DNA of 34,035 nt from Vicugna vicugna (taxonomy: Eukaryota), in contig MU058034.1 in assembly GCA_013265495.1 (NCBI GenBank), positions 248,001 through 282,035 on the forward strand, in the 5' to 3' direction. Numbering within the stretch: position 1 is the first letter of the stretch; each line of letters starts with the position of its first letter. The notes below the pieces were generated by a model. The model saw only the letters and a program-made list of their open reading frames with translations. It searched no databases and had not been told where the DNA came from. The position numbers and the translations under genes are program-made. Positions 11,255 through 24,049 of the stretch are shown in pieces.

Positions 11255-11375
11255 CTGAGGGAAAAAACAAAGACGGATGAAGAGGTAGAAAGGGAAAAAC
11301 AAGAGGAAGAAAAAAATGACAGTGACAAGAAAGAGAAAAGAAGACAGAGAGGGAGGAAGGAAGAAAGAAAGAAAT
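11255..11375 (+). repeat. GA-rich low-complexity tract (polypyrimidine on minus strand)
   Basis: Purine-rich run seen directly. Confidence 0.85.
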
Positions 11376-12008
11376 GTTTCAGTGCCAGCACATAAGTAAA
11401 ACCTTGGACTGCCCATTGTTACAATTATTAGACTCTCAAATATCTAGAGGTAAGCATGCTGAGTCCTAACTGACAAGTTGTGCAAGGTGTCTATGAAAGG
11501 AAACAAACCAATAAACATGAACAACAACAAAACTGCACTCTCTCACCTGCTTTGTACACCCAGAATAAAGTCCCACTTTATATTTATTTTCTAAATATCT
11601 TCACTGAAATTGAAGTTGGCATAGATGTAATTGAAAATTATTGAAAAATACCTAATATGGGATTTATCATTTTTAAGCACATTTTTTTGTACCAGGAAAC
11701 TTCATAAATGTTACTGAATTTATAGTAGATTTATTTATTCCTCTCATCTTGCATCTAGGTCTTTCTCCTAATCTCTCATTGCTTGTAGAAAATAGATTGT
11801 ATATTACTTGACTTGCCACTTACTTAACCCATGGTTTCTAGAAGACTTTTCACCCATTTTGGTAATTAAATGTGACTATGAAGTCCTACAAAATCCAGTG
11901 ACTCAATCATATCACATAGTAATTGAAGAACCTTCCAAATTGTGAGTTCAATTTTTCATGTTAACCAAGAGTTGGAAACTCAAGTTTTCAAGGTTTCCTT
12001 TTACTTAC

Positions 12009-12164
12009 CATTTTAGGTAAATATTTTTCCAGTTTTGCATGATTTTCTAGCTTTTCCCATATTCTGATTCTGTCCATGTTGAGCAGAAACATATTTTCTT
12101 CTCAAATTCAAGTGACATACTTGGCCTTTGTCCTTGGTTTACCTTTTCCGCAATGTAGAATAAA
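12009..12164 (-). other. Candidate exon B (156 bp)
   Basis: Minus-strand acceptor 'cctctccctctttattctttcactgatctcatctgcag|' and consensus donor 'ATG|gtaagt'. No frame is open throughout. Confidence 0.4.
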
Positions 12165-13959
12165 CTGCAGATGAGATCAGTGAAAGAATAAAGAGGGAGA
12201 GGAAGCCAAGAGATAAGCAGAGTTTCTACCTATTGTCAAATCATGACATATTCCAGATGAGAATATTCCCATATTGTGTTCACTGGAACTGAAACTTACC
12301 CACATAAATCATTTTAAAAACAGAAATGTTTGCCTTGCCTTTTAAACTCAGATTAGGTCAACATTCATGGAGTACCTCCTATGTGACAGGACCATCTTCT
12401 CTTTCATCTTCCCAACAATACCATGAATGGGATGGCAGTCAGTCTGCATATTATGCAGAATCAGCAACTAAGCTCTGACAGGTTAAATATGTGATAAAAA
12501 GTCACACAGAGATGCAAACCCAGATCTCATAATTTAAAAGTTCGATATGTCTTTGCTTTTTCAGTAAATCTTTAGATGATAGCGTGTCTGTCAAATTCAT
12601 GGTGTAGAGATGGTAATATGAAGATCTCTAGCTGAAGTTTCAATTGACATACAAGTTAATAAAAATGATTCCTGATACAGAATTTTACTAAGCATTTTTA
12701 CATTAACATGTACCTATTGTATTAGCTCGCAAAATTAAAATTTTATTGTCTGAGAAATTATTATTCAATCAAGGCATTTTTAAGCTCTGGTAACTATTTG
12801 AGATGCAATCTTAATTCCTGAAAGAAAAAAAAATGTGTTTTAAGATTCTACAGAAGAAACTCAAGCATTAGACATTTATTTCTTAATATGTACTTTCACA
12901 TTTTTTTTAATTTTTGAAAACCTGCAAAGAAAGGAATGTAATTAAAAGAGGTTTTTATTAATATCTCAAGCATTATTTTAGCTAAAAGAATAGATTCAAA
13001 TTGAAGCTGTCTAAGTCTAGAAGACAAAACCAAGCTAAATCAAATAGCACTCCCTAAAAATATGTCAATCAATGTGTTCCTGTCTTTTCTTGCCTACTTC
13101 ATCCTGTGTACCTTGTCACTGGGTACGGATTAATTTCCTTTGAATTGTTTTTCCCACTTTCGTCTTGAGAGCTGGATTGTTGAATCTGGCCACAGATCAC
13201 AGCTACTTGTGAACACTTGGCTCAAGGACTCTCCACCTACTAGCAGAGCACGTTGAGTTCCAATGAGCCTAGGCTTTCTGAAGGAATATCCTCAAGCAGT
13301 GAGGGAAGAAGGTTCATCTCTGTTTATTAGACTCAGTCCTGCTATAATGATATCACAAAAGTAAACGTTAAAAACACAGGATATGAATGCCAGAGTTGAT
13401 TCCTGGGTTGGTTCTCGAGGATTCTGCTTGCCTGGTAAGAGGCTGGTATCAGTGGTCCTACAATAAAAATGGGAGCTGTATACCTATTTTGTTAGTTCAT
13501 AAAAAACCATGTCCTTTATCATTTTGGGAGATAAGTGAAGAAAAGCATACCAGGCAAAAAGAAGAGAAAGAAAAGAAAGGAAATACGCTTTTAATTTCCT
13601 TCTTCTGTCTGAGAACTGATCAAATGCAGTCCAGCCCTTGACTATCTCAAGCTGAGATGACACTTAAGTAGTCTGTGACTCCTCAATCTAAAAGAGGGGA
13701 AGAAAGAAGTTCTAAGAAAGAAAAACCAAAGATTTCACAGAAAAAAAAAAAAAGCCTGAAGTTGATTAATGAAATTATGTTAGCCCAGATGAGAACTCTT
13801 ATGGCTTTGCCTTGTTCTCTGCTACCGTCTTGTCAATGACTTGAATACTAATGTCAGAGAAAGTGTGCCTGTTATGTTTGGAGATGGTATCAGCATGGTA
13901 GACTTGGCCAATGTATTTGAAAAAAAATACAAATTAACTCAAATATATTTCAGTAGTGT

Positions 13960-14230
13960 GAGAAATTAGACGTTTCCTCACAAGAGGAAATTTAATGTAA
14001 ATAGATATAAAATCTCACATTTAGTAAAAACAAACACATGAACACAAACATATTTACACAAATATACAGGGAGAGATGCTATTTAACAACTGTTTATGTG
14101 AAGCAAAATACATGAGAATTTTAGGTGATTACCTTTAGCAGGACATGAGCCAGTAACATGATGTAGCTGTTAAAAACATTCTCAAATCATCTTCAGTAGC
14201 ATGTTTAGAAGCAATGTGTAAAAATAAAAG
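13960..14230 (+). mobile_element. L3/CR1 LINE fragment
   Basis: 'aactgtttatgtgaagcaaaatacatgagaattttaggtga...atgagccagtaacatgatgtagctgttaaaaa' resembles CR1/L3. Confidence 0.65.
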
Positions 14231-14259
14231 CAGATAATCCTTCCCTTGTGTTCTCCCTT

Positions 14260-14430
14260 TTCTTGTGTCGTTCAGCATTTGTTATAATCTAGTATTATCA
14301 ATTCATTTCTTTACTTGATTATATCTTTTTCACTAGATTGTTAGCTCCACATCACATCTGTTTTATTCACTAATATGTGTTTAGCCCATGCCTAGTAGAG
14401 CGCATGGTCCAAAGTATATGTCCAAAGTGT
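14260..14430 (+). mobile_element. L2 3' fragment
   Basis: 'cactagattgttagctcc...tctgttttattcactaatatgtgtttagcccatgcctag'. Confidence 0.6.
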
Positions 14431-14620
14431 CTGATATATGGTATATGAGGACACTTTAATGTGGGCAACATAGAAAAGTTGGAGCCTTGATAGATATATC
14501 ATATATTGTAACCTAGGAAACAGACAGACTCCAAATGTAGAAATCATGGAGAGATTAATTTAAATTCAACATAGTTTAACTATTCTAAAGCTTAGAGATA
14601 GTCCAAAATGGAGTAGCCTA

Positions 14621-16409
14621 GACTTCTAATTAAACATGGTGAAATCAAAACACATTTGTGTCTCTGGCCTTGGAGACGCCAAGCCAACTGAGGGAACGAG
14701 TGCTTACTAAACAGGGAGAAAGTGACAGTTTATATCCTACATGATGAGATGTCTCCCACGCCTCTCCCCAGCTGAGATGACAAAACTCTGCCTGCTAACT
14801 GTGCTGTCTCGTAAATGAATTTGGAAGACTCTTATCTGAAAATGGAGCAATCTAAGAGAAGAGAGGCATGGATATTGCCACATAGTTATCACAAATAAAA
14901 TGACTCTGGCTGGTCACTCAACAGTAAGAATCATCATTCCTCAACTGTGCCTCTGATAAGAAATTCCAGTCATCTTTTAGTGTCTTTTTCTTAACTGCGA
15001 GTGATTCCGTAAAGGTCAGATAATATAAGTAAGCTTCTACTATGAAAGAAACAAAAATAAGCAAACGAGAGATATAAAACATGAAAGAAACAGAGACATT
15101 GTGGGAAACATAAGAATAGAAAACTACCATTAATACCAACAGAGAATATTTTAAAATTTTTGTTAATAGGAAGATGCTGTATTGAGGACCACTTGGAAAA
15201 GGAAAAACAAGCATTGGAAATTTAAAAGAAATATGGATACAGTGTTTAAAAAATTACACAAATTCTATTAAAATTGAAGATGTTAAAAAAATATATATTA
15301 GAATCTATAATATATAATATAAAAGGGAAAATTAAAACAATGACTAATCCATACAGGTCAATATGAATTCCAGAGAGAAGAGAGAAAATAAAAAAAATAT
15401 TTTCTAAATAATTTTTATTAATTTCTATATTTTAAAGATATATTTTTCTAGACTGAGTACTGATAGCAGTGGATAGAGGAAAAGAAATTCATAAGACAGC
15501 ACATCATGGTGAAATTCCAGAACGGAGAAGAGAAAGAGAAAATTCTAAAATTTTACAGAGAAGAAAATAGATTTGGTAGTACGGAGGATGGTATATCAGA
15601 AAGAGTCCTCACATTGGCAAAATTACACGTTAGAAGACACCTTAGACACGTTAGAAAGTACCTTCAGAACACTGAGGGAAAGTTATTCGCGAGCTGCACG
15701 TCCATACCTAGTCAGTAGAGTGTGATTTTATAATGAGGACATTTTCAGATAGATAGGATCTCAAAACAATGACTTTCTCGGGAAACTACTAGACAATATG
15801 TTTCAGGGGAAAAAAAATGAAAAATCACAAAGAAAGAAGACATGAGATTGGTGTCCTGGAATCATAGAATCCCTCACAGGAGGCATGAAGACTGACTTAT
15901 CAGGGTGCTAGTAAAGAGAGATCCCGGGAAGCATTTAAAATCGAGAGAATGGTAGGGTTGCACGTGGGTGTGTCCAAGTTGATAATAAGTAAAAATAAAT
16001 AGGTAAATAAATAAAAACAAACACTCTGGTAGAATAACAGAGCCTACTGTGACATTTATAATCTGGAGAATTTGGGGACAAATTAGTTTTCATTACATAG
16101 AATACTAAAAAAAAATGTTCTAAAGAGTGAATTAGTTGCTTAAGTGAAACCAAAATTGTTTTGAGTAAAAAAAAAATAATGTAGTTTAATGGCTCTGATG
16201 TGGATAACGCTGATGTGGCCATGAATAGTAAAACTACTGAATATGTATTTATTAAAATGATAATATACCTATATTGGATGGAGAGATGGATGGGTGGGGA
16301 ATAAGTGGTTCTTGGTGAGGATGAGGGTGAATATATGAACGCTACATCCTCATCTTCTTTAATGGGAAGTCAGTAGAGAATATTTAAATTGTTTTAATCA
16401 AGAAAATGC
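14621..16409 (+). mobile_element. HAL1 (half-L1) / ancient L1 ORF1-type element; short continuation at about 16970-17060
   Basis: ORF1-like remnant 'HIMVKFQNGEEKEKILKFYREE' (ORF 15506-15718). No ORF2 follows. 3' motif 'atcctcatcttctttaatgggaagtcagtagagaa' resembles HAL1. Confidence 0.72.
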
Positions 16410-16927
16410 TGTGTAGTAGTTATCAATTGCTTCAAAGCTAATTATCCAATTTGGTAGTTTAAACAACGTTAAAGATGTATTGTCTCACATAATTTCTATG
16501 GATCAGGAATATAGGATTAACATAACTGTGTGGGTCTCTCATGAGGTTAGAGTGAAATGTTCACAAGGGTTGCAGTCATCAAGGCTTGACTGGTACTCAA
16601 GGGCCTGCTTCCAAAATGATGCACTCGTGTGAACGTCAGGTAAACCATTGGAGGGAGGCCTCAGTTTCTCCCACATGAGCCTCTCACATAGGGCTGTTTA
16701 AGACTCAGGAAGTGGCAGCCTCCTTTCCCGGGAGTGAGTGATTCAAGACAGAGCCCGCAGTTAGAGGAGGTGTCTTCTATGACTAGTCTCTTAAGTCACA
16801 AATCATTTCCATAATATGCTATTACTTCCTGAGAGCAACTCTCAGTTCACGGTTGGAGAGGACTTGATGTGAGTGAGAATACCAGAGGCGGAGCTCATGG
16901 GGGCTGTCTTGGAGGCTAGCTGCTACA
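16410..16927 (-). mobile_element. MLT1F-like MaLR solo LTR
   Basis: TG...CA ends ('tgtgtagtagttatc'...'ggaggctagctgctaca'). Motifs 'gggtctctcatgaggtt' and 'ggaggcctcagtttctcccacatgagcctctc'. Confidence 0.88.
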
Positions 16928-16928
16928 A

Positions 16929-16931
<3 letters not shown>

Positions 16932-16969
<38 letters not shown>
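16932..16969 (+). repeat. (TG)n microsatellite
   Basis: Uninterrupted GT run of about 19 units. Confidence 0.98.
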
Positions 16970-16970
<1 letters not shown>

Positions 16971-18224
16971 CAATGCGAGGCAAATTCTAGAACCAACCCC
17001 AACACAGCTAACAAAGAGCTTTGAAAAACAAGTCTTGTAATTACCTGTGTAAGTAAAACTACATGCCTTGCACCTTCTCTTCTTAAAATGCTTGTAAATA
17101 TTTAGCAGCTTAATTACTGAAGGAGCTCTTCAGTTACCTGAGGATAAGCTATATACGTCCTTTAACTTCTGTTTATCTGCCCCCCAGTCCCACTACCGTG
17201 GTGCAAGCAGGATGTGAGTACTTGGAATCGGCTGTTTTGTACTGTCTTTAAGAGAACTGCAAACTGCAAGTACTGAGTAGAATGGTAGGAACAAGCTTAA
17301 AAAAAAAAAAAATAGAGGGAGAGAAAAGAAAAAAAAAAAAGGGAACAATAGTGACCAAAATAAATATCTCTAGAAAGTGTACTTCTCAGTAGAACATTGA
17401 TATTCGTAGGCATTTCAGGAAATTAATCCACCCACTTGATAATGGTTGCAAATTAGTGTCTTAATATCTTTTCCCCTACGTATCTTTATTATATCAAATC
17501 AATGTAGCTTACATCCTCACAGCAGAAAGGAAATAGAATTTTTATAAAAGCTGGACTGTGTGACTAATACTCTTGAATTTTAGGGCATAAAAAAAATCTT
17601 CATGCAGGAAATGAAAGAAAAAAAAAACCAGGATCTTAACTTTTCAGTAGGGGAATGAAATGTAAAATGATTTTAGAAAATAGATCATTTTCAAATTAGT
17701 ATTCTGCACTTTAGGGGAAGAGCATATTTTTCTCCTGCATAAATTATGTGGGAACACATTTCAAAAACCCAATCTTAATCTAGGCAATGAACATTTCAAA
17801 AAGTAAATTAATATCTTCAAGGGAGTGAAATATTGCATGTTAGGGAGTCGATTCCAGCACCATGGTAATTATGGCGTTGCCAACATTTCTGTGAAAAGCC
17901 AATTCTGAAACTTTATTTTTCCTACCCTCCTAGCCTTGTTGATGACTGAATTTAGTGTGGATCCCAGGCTTGGAATACAAAGCTGTATTCCTCTTCAACT
18001 GAACTTCAAGTGGATTTCTCCCCTTAAGTGAAACCCCTCTACAACAATATGACTTTCTAACTTCTTCAAAGAAAATACATATGGTTCCAGATTTCTCCCG
18101 TGCTTCATTTATTGTAACTACAGATTTGATACCATCATAATATCATAGAATGACTGAGTTTTAGGACTGAACTTTGGAATCAAGTTGCTGAAGCCATATC
18201 ATAAGGAGGGAAGCAGATATAAAT

Positions 18225-18420
18225 GTTTAAAAAGCACTAATCTTGGAGTCAGCACACTCGCACACCTAACACAGACTAACTCCTGTGTTAGCCTCACTTT
18301 TCTAGAGAGGTTGCCTTGAGTCAGTCACTTCATTTTCAGAAGTTTATGTTGTTGTCATTGTTGTTTTAATCTGTAAAATGGAAACACTAAACTAACGGCT
18401 TCTAAGTTCTCTCAGGGCTC
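18225..18420 (+). mobile_element. MIR
   Basis: 'cttggagtcag...ccttgagtcagtcacttcattttcag...atctgtaaaatgg'. Confidence 0.7.
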
Positions 18421-18579
18421 TAATACTACTCAAGGTTGAGTGGAGAATTAAGGTTTGAACCAAATCTTCAATACTTATTTCTTGACTCTCAGTTTGATTT
18501 CTTTACAGATATTAGATTTATGATTTGGGGATTTTTTTTTCTCTTGTCTTATTTTCGTTTATTTGTTTCACTTTATTAC

Positions 18580-19115
18580 TTTTGTTTTATTATGGTAAGA
18601 ACACTTAGCATGAGGTCTACCCTCAAATAGTGTATGATACATTATTGTTGACTACAGGTGAAATGTCATGTGGTAGATTTCTAGAGCTTATTCATCTTGT
18701 TTATGCTTGTTGACTAGTAATTCCCCACTCCCCACTCCCCCAAGCCCCTGGCAACTACCTTTCCACTCTTTGAGTCTATGAATTTGATTACTTTAGATGT
18801 TACACATAAGAGAAATCATGCAGTATTTGTCTTTCTGTGGCTGGCTTACACCACTTAGCATAATGTCTTCAAGGTTCATCCATGTTGTCACCTACTGTAG
18901 AGTTCCCTTCTTTTTTAAAGGCTGAAAAATATTCCGTTGTATGTGTACATTTTCTTGATTGATTTGCCCATCAGTGAACATTGAGGCTGTTTCCACACTT
19001 TGGCTATTGTGAATGGAGCTACTATGAACAGGGGAGTGCAGATAGCTCTTTGAGATTGTGATTTCAGTTATTTTGGACAGATATTCAGAACTGAGGTTGC
19101 TGGATCATATGGTAG
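18580..19115 (-). mobile_element. L1MA9-like 3' end
   Basis: 'tggtaagaacacttagcatgaggtctaccctc', 'aatcatgcagtatttgtctttctgtggctggctt', ending 'gctggatcatatggtag'. Confidence 0.92.
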
Positions 19116-19730
19116 AGAAAATGTAACTATTCAGAATACATTTCTAGATATATGAGATACGGAACGAAATATGGAACGAAAATGATGCTCACTTGTAACA
19201 CTTCCCTATGGCCCTAATCAGAGAACTATACAGGAAGACTGAACCATGTGTCTGACCAAAACTCGTGTTTTTATATCCCGATCAGCTTCTTACTATATGC
19301 TTGACTTGATTCCTTTTTAACATGAGCAAATTAACATCTTTATGAAGCCTAGCATATCCCAAACAAAATCACATTTACACAAATAAGACTCAGTACTATA
19401 AACATTTGGTGATACTCACCATGATTATTTCCCCTGGACCAAAGACGGCAAGCCATTCTGGAAACCAGGCGTTAGCTTAGTGCACCTTAGCTTAGTGTGA
19501 TGCTCAGCCTTATGACTTTATAGTTAAGTATTTGCAGGATTTATTTTACAAATATAGTTGGACTAAATGACTTCGAGTCTAAAGATACATTTCTGTGAAA
19601 TCCACTAAAATAATGCATTATAATTTCATAACCATAATTTCAGTTACTTATTCCGCAGGTATCGTGAAGTAGAATGTATCTCTCTAGTTCTTACCAATAA
19701 ACTTCTAATATGCTGATACCTTCTGCGCAA

Positions 19731-19990
19731 ATGTAGCAAGTGGGAAGCATGTGCTTTGCAGGCAGAAAGACCTGGGCTGTAATCTTGTGTCTGCGATTCA
19801 TTGTTATAATGATCCTGGGAAAGTTACTTAATGTCTCTGAGCCTGTTTCCTCCTTTGTAAAAATGGGACTAATAGCACTTCTCTCATATATATATCCATA
19901 TATATTCTAAATATATTTACAAATTTATATGAAATTATGAAATAGAGATATTGGAACCCCTAACACTGTTAGATGCATTAAAAATGCTGA
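19731..19990 (+). mobile_element. MIR
   Basis: 'gacctgggctgtaatc...gggaaagttacttaatgtctctgagcctgtttcctcctttgtaaaaatggg'. Confidence 0.85.
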
Positions 19991-20613
19991 ACACAAATTT
20001 GTGTGTGTTTTACCCTTTTCATCACTTTCCATTTAATCACAAAAACAGTATCACACCTCGTAATTTTAGGATCAATCTTACCACTAGGCCGAGTTGATAA
20101 ATCAGTTATATAAAATGGGACATAAAGCAAGGCATGTGTTTCTCTGTTTAATGACAGTAACGATGACTGCTACATGACTTTCATACTTTGCTCCTGAGAG
20201 GATGCATATTCATCCAGGATCTCAAGGAGTTATATTCTCACAGTATTTAGTGGTTTGTTTCTGTGACTTGATGCTGAAGAGACTTCTCGGAGAGCGGGAT
20301 GCTTGAATGCTGTTTTTATTTTAGACAGGAAGTGAGTCTTTCCATTTATCGGAAGTTGCTGGCGTGGTATTTTCTCTCTTGGTAGTTGTCCAGGTGGGAG
20401 TCTCATATTCAGGACTGGACTTTAGGAAATTCCAATGCTTAGTTCAGTGTTTTAACAAGCACTCAGAAAATACATGAAGGCCAACATTAGTATAATGTGT
20501 CACATGGTTTCTGGTTTATATCTGATAGAATATCTTTTGGTCCTTGGTGTATAGGGATTCTTGCATTATGTTATCATCAAATCAACTCTGTGTCTCAGTG
20601 CCCATGGGTTCTT

Positions 20614-20818
20614 CTATTGATTGATTGAAGTATAATGGATTTACAATGCTGTGTTAGTTTCTGGTGTTCAGCATAGTGATTGAGTTATACATATATATAT
20701 TCTTTTTCATATTCTTTTCCATTATAGATTATTACGAGATTTTGAATATTGTTCCCTGTGCTACACAGTAGGACCTTGTTGTTTATCTACTTTATATGTT
20801 GTAGTTTGTCTCTGCTAA
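20614..20818 (-). mobile_element. Cetartiodactyl-type L1 3' UTR fragment with diverged TSD
   Basis: 'ttgaagtataatggatttacaatgctgtgttagtttctgg...gttccctgtgctacacagtaggaccttg'. TSD tcagtgcccatgggttctt (20595-20613) / tcagtgtccatgagttcat (20819-20837), 16/19 identical. Confidence 0.92.
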
Positions 20819-21091
20819 TCAGTGTCCATGAGTTCATTATGGCTAAGTGCCTCCAACTTGCTTGTCTAACAGAGCTACTGCCCCATTACCATGTAAAATC
20901 TACCATGTGATTCAAAGTCATCCTCTGCATAGAGCAGGCTTGATGCTCCATGGTTCTCCTCTCCCTTGTCCACTTCAGTTTCCTAATACAAGCCTCCATC
21001 TTCAGCAAATCCTTTCCTGTCAGCTGCAACAGATATTGCCAGGACACGGTCCTTCTCTGAGCCTCTTTAACACTTAGAGCCAATATATTAT

Positions 21092-21519
21092 TGTGTCAAT
21101 TTGAATTCTCCCAAAAGCAGACTCAGGTGTAGATTTGAGTAGGAGTAGATTACTGGGGATATGATCTTAAGAAACCCCAGTGAGAAAGTGACACAGGGAA
21201 GGAGAGGTGCAATAAAGGGTACATTGACAGACATGGTAGACGGTGGGCAACCGGAGTTTAGTCCCTCTGAGGAGCTCTGGGAAATGGTGTTAGAACATAG
21301 GGTTTGGAGATCTCAGGAGGGAGAAGGGTGGACTTAATCCTTGATTTAAAGGTAGTCCCGGGGACTTTTGTTACCAACCACTTCCATGGACTGCTGAGGG
21401 GAGGCCCAAGAGATCGTTGGAGCAGAGCAACAAAGGTATTATCAGATGGAATTCAGAGAATGCACTGAAATGGTAAGGCCCAAAGGGATATGAGCAGAAA
21501 ACTGAAAGATCGGCTGTCA
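21092..21519 (-). mobile_element. LTR16C-like ERVL solo LTR
   Basis: 'aagtgacacagggaaggagaggtgcaataaagggt', 'tgggcaaccggag', 'gaaatggtaaggcccaaagggatatgagcag', CA terminus. Confidence 0.8.
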
Positions 21520-21549
21520 TCACCTTAAAAACTTACTCCACATGCAATT

Positions 21550-21860
21550 TTAGAACTGAATGTAACTTTAGAGATCAGTTCTCAGCTTATGTCTCTTAAA
21601 AAAATGTTGCTGAAGTGCTTTTGATGGGACAGTTCTTCATTAGTGGAACTGTGTGTGCAAATGGCCGGACCTGCCCACTGGGTCTGTGCGATTCACCCCC
21701 ACACATTGCCAAGTACCTCTTGACAATAGTGTGATATGGGTTAAATTTTTCTCTCAACTCCACAATTTTATAGGGGAAGGAATTCTGCCTTGCAGCGGTT
21801 AAGTGATTTGGTTAAAGGCACTAGGTAACCAGAGTGCAGTGAGGACAGAGATCATCTCTT
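21550..21860 (-). mobile_element. MIR fragment interrupted by a small hAT MITE remnant (about 21575-21735)
   Basis: 'ttagaactgaatgtaactttagagatc' and 'ttttataggggaagg...ggttaagtgatttggttaaagg' are MIR-like. The insert contains 'gggacagttcttcatt...cacacattgccaa'. Confidence 0.5.
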
Positions 21861-21964
21861 TGAGGGAGACCTTGTATGAGATTATTTTGGTACCTAGCTG
21901 GCAGTGAATACATATAAGCATAAAATAAAGAGTGGATATTAAATATTAAATTATTACACAGACT

Positions 21965-22471
21965 TTGACAGATGACTGGATATAGAAGCTGTGGTATATT
22001 TATGCAATGGGATACTACTCAGCCATAAAAAACAATAAAATAATACCATTTGCAGCAACATGGATGGACCTGGAGATTGTCATTCTAAATGAGGTAAGCC
22101 AGAAAGAAAAAGAAAAATGCCACATATCACTTATATATGAAATCTAAAAAAAAAAAAGATAAACTTTTTTACAAAACAGAAACAGACTCACAGACATAGA
22201 AAACAAACTTACGATTACAAGGGTGGGGCAGAAGGGATAAATTGGGAGTTTGAGACTTGCAAATACTAATACACATAAAATAGATAAGCAAGTTCACACT
22301 GTATAGCAGAGGGAACTATATTCAATATCTTGTAGTATCTTATGGTGAAAAAGAATACGAAAATGAATATATGTATGTTCATGTATGACTGAAACATTAT
22401 GCTGGACACTAGAAATTGACACAACATTGTAAATTGATTACACGTCAATAAAAATGTATATATACAAAAAC
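21965..22471 (+). mobile_element. Lineage-specific (camelid/cetartiodactyl) 5'-truncated L1 with perfect 16-bp TSD
   Basis: 'gacagatgactggatatagaagctgtggtatattta...ccatttgcagcaacatggatggacctggag', AATAAA and an A-rich tail. TSD aattattacacagact at 21949-21964 and 22472-22487. Confidence 0.95.
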
Positions 22472-22742
22472 AATTATTACACAGACTGACTAGTCAAATA
22501 ACCCTATGATACCTTATCTAGAATTTTCTACTCCCTTTCTTAAGTATAAATAATCATTATATGCCCAAAGGCAAAAGCAGAGATAGATAACCCATTTAAA
22601 ATTATATTTCAATTCAGAAAAAAAATTTGCACATTTAAAAATATATATTTTATTGAAACTACCTTGTTATTGTGACCAGTGAAGCTTCCATGATACCTGC
22701 TCTAATTCCAGGATGTCATCACACAAAAAAATGTTTGTGTAC

Positions 22743-22845
22743 CTGAGTAGCTTCATCTCTGGCCATATGCTCTTCAAATGCTTAGTGTTTTCTAGCTCAA
22801 CAATTGGATAATTTTTGTATCCATGGATTATTAAGCATATGGAAT
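22743..22845 (-). other. Candidate exon A (103 bp; alternative donor gives an end at 22697)
   Basis: Minus-strand acceptor 'ttctcactttttccccaactag|'. Donors 'CAG|gtacac' or 'CAG|gtatca' are moderate. One frame is open. Confidence 0.28.
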
Positions 22846-24049
22846 CTAGTTGGGGAAAAAGTGAGAACTGATCTCTCACTTCCCTGAGGGCATTTTAATG
22901 TTTTAAATATACATCCCTCTTCTCTTAGTGTGGATTATATTTCCTCCCTCCTCGTGGCTTGTATTATCTATCTCTTCTATAGACAAATGCTTTCAGAATC
23001 ATCACTTGATTCTAAGAAGAGGTGATAATCTATTGGGTCTGTAAAAATTTTTTTTAATGGCTAAGAGCCATCAGGATGGAGAATAACCCCTCAAATTGTT
23101 GGAAATAACTAGGAAGACATAAAAATTTAAAGGAGTAATTAAGAATATGCCAGGATCAGGAATAAAAAACTAAAATTAAATAACTCTGATGTTAAGCAAA
23201 TGAGAAAAAAATGAAAGTAAAAATGTCTACTTTTTCCTTTACTGTGAAAAGGAATAAACCAAATTTCAAAAAAATTAGTGAATACTGAAATTTATAGAAA
23301 CTATCAAGAAAGCAACACAATAGCAAACAAATAGTAAGATTATAGTTATAAAACTGGTTATATTTTTGTTATACCTGAAAATTTGCTGACCAATTACTAT
23401 AATTATTCAGTCCATTTTAAACATGCACATACATAAACAGATACACACACTTTTTTTTTCATTTCAGACTGTTTTACTTCTAAAAGAAAAGCATGTGTTT
23501 TGAAAAAAAATTCTTTATTTCATCTGATTGACTGATTATAAATTCTGGAATGGCATGGAGTTGTAAGTTGCATCACATGTGACTCCACAAACTAGGCAAA
23601 TAACAAATTCTGCTTATAAGATTACAGCATTACAAAATAAAGGTATTCTCAAGTTGCTGTAGTTATCTATGAAAATATAAACTCAGGCAGGAGGGTAATT
23701 GGTAAAGAAAAGTGTGGAGCAACATATATAATATTAAACAGAAATCTGGAAACCACTGCTTGTTGGAAGGTATATCTGTCTGAGATTATTGCAATTATTT
23801 ATGACGATTAGGAAAATGAATGCTAGACCTAATGAGTTGGAAAAATAGAAGAGTTGATCATTTAACATGAAATTAGAAATTTCATCCTGAATTTCTATTC
23901 CTTGAAATGGAGATTATATTAGAGAATTGAGTTTGACAGTACAATTAGAAAAAAAGTAGCAAGTCTTAATTAAATAGAAGTGAGAGATATATGGAATTAG
24001 TTTTCTTAATCTGGGGTGTCTTATTTCTCACAATTTTCTACCACTGCCT

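Noticed and set aside
13228..13255. CTCF-like string ccacctactagcagagcac
   Set aside because: Too many mismatches to the core motif to call by eye.
15506..15718. ORF with L1 ORF1-like motif
   Set aside because: Short remnant of an ancient HAL1/L1 ORF1; the surrounding frame is disrupted.
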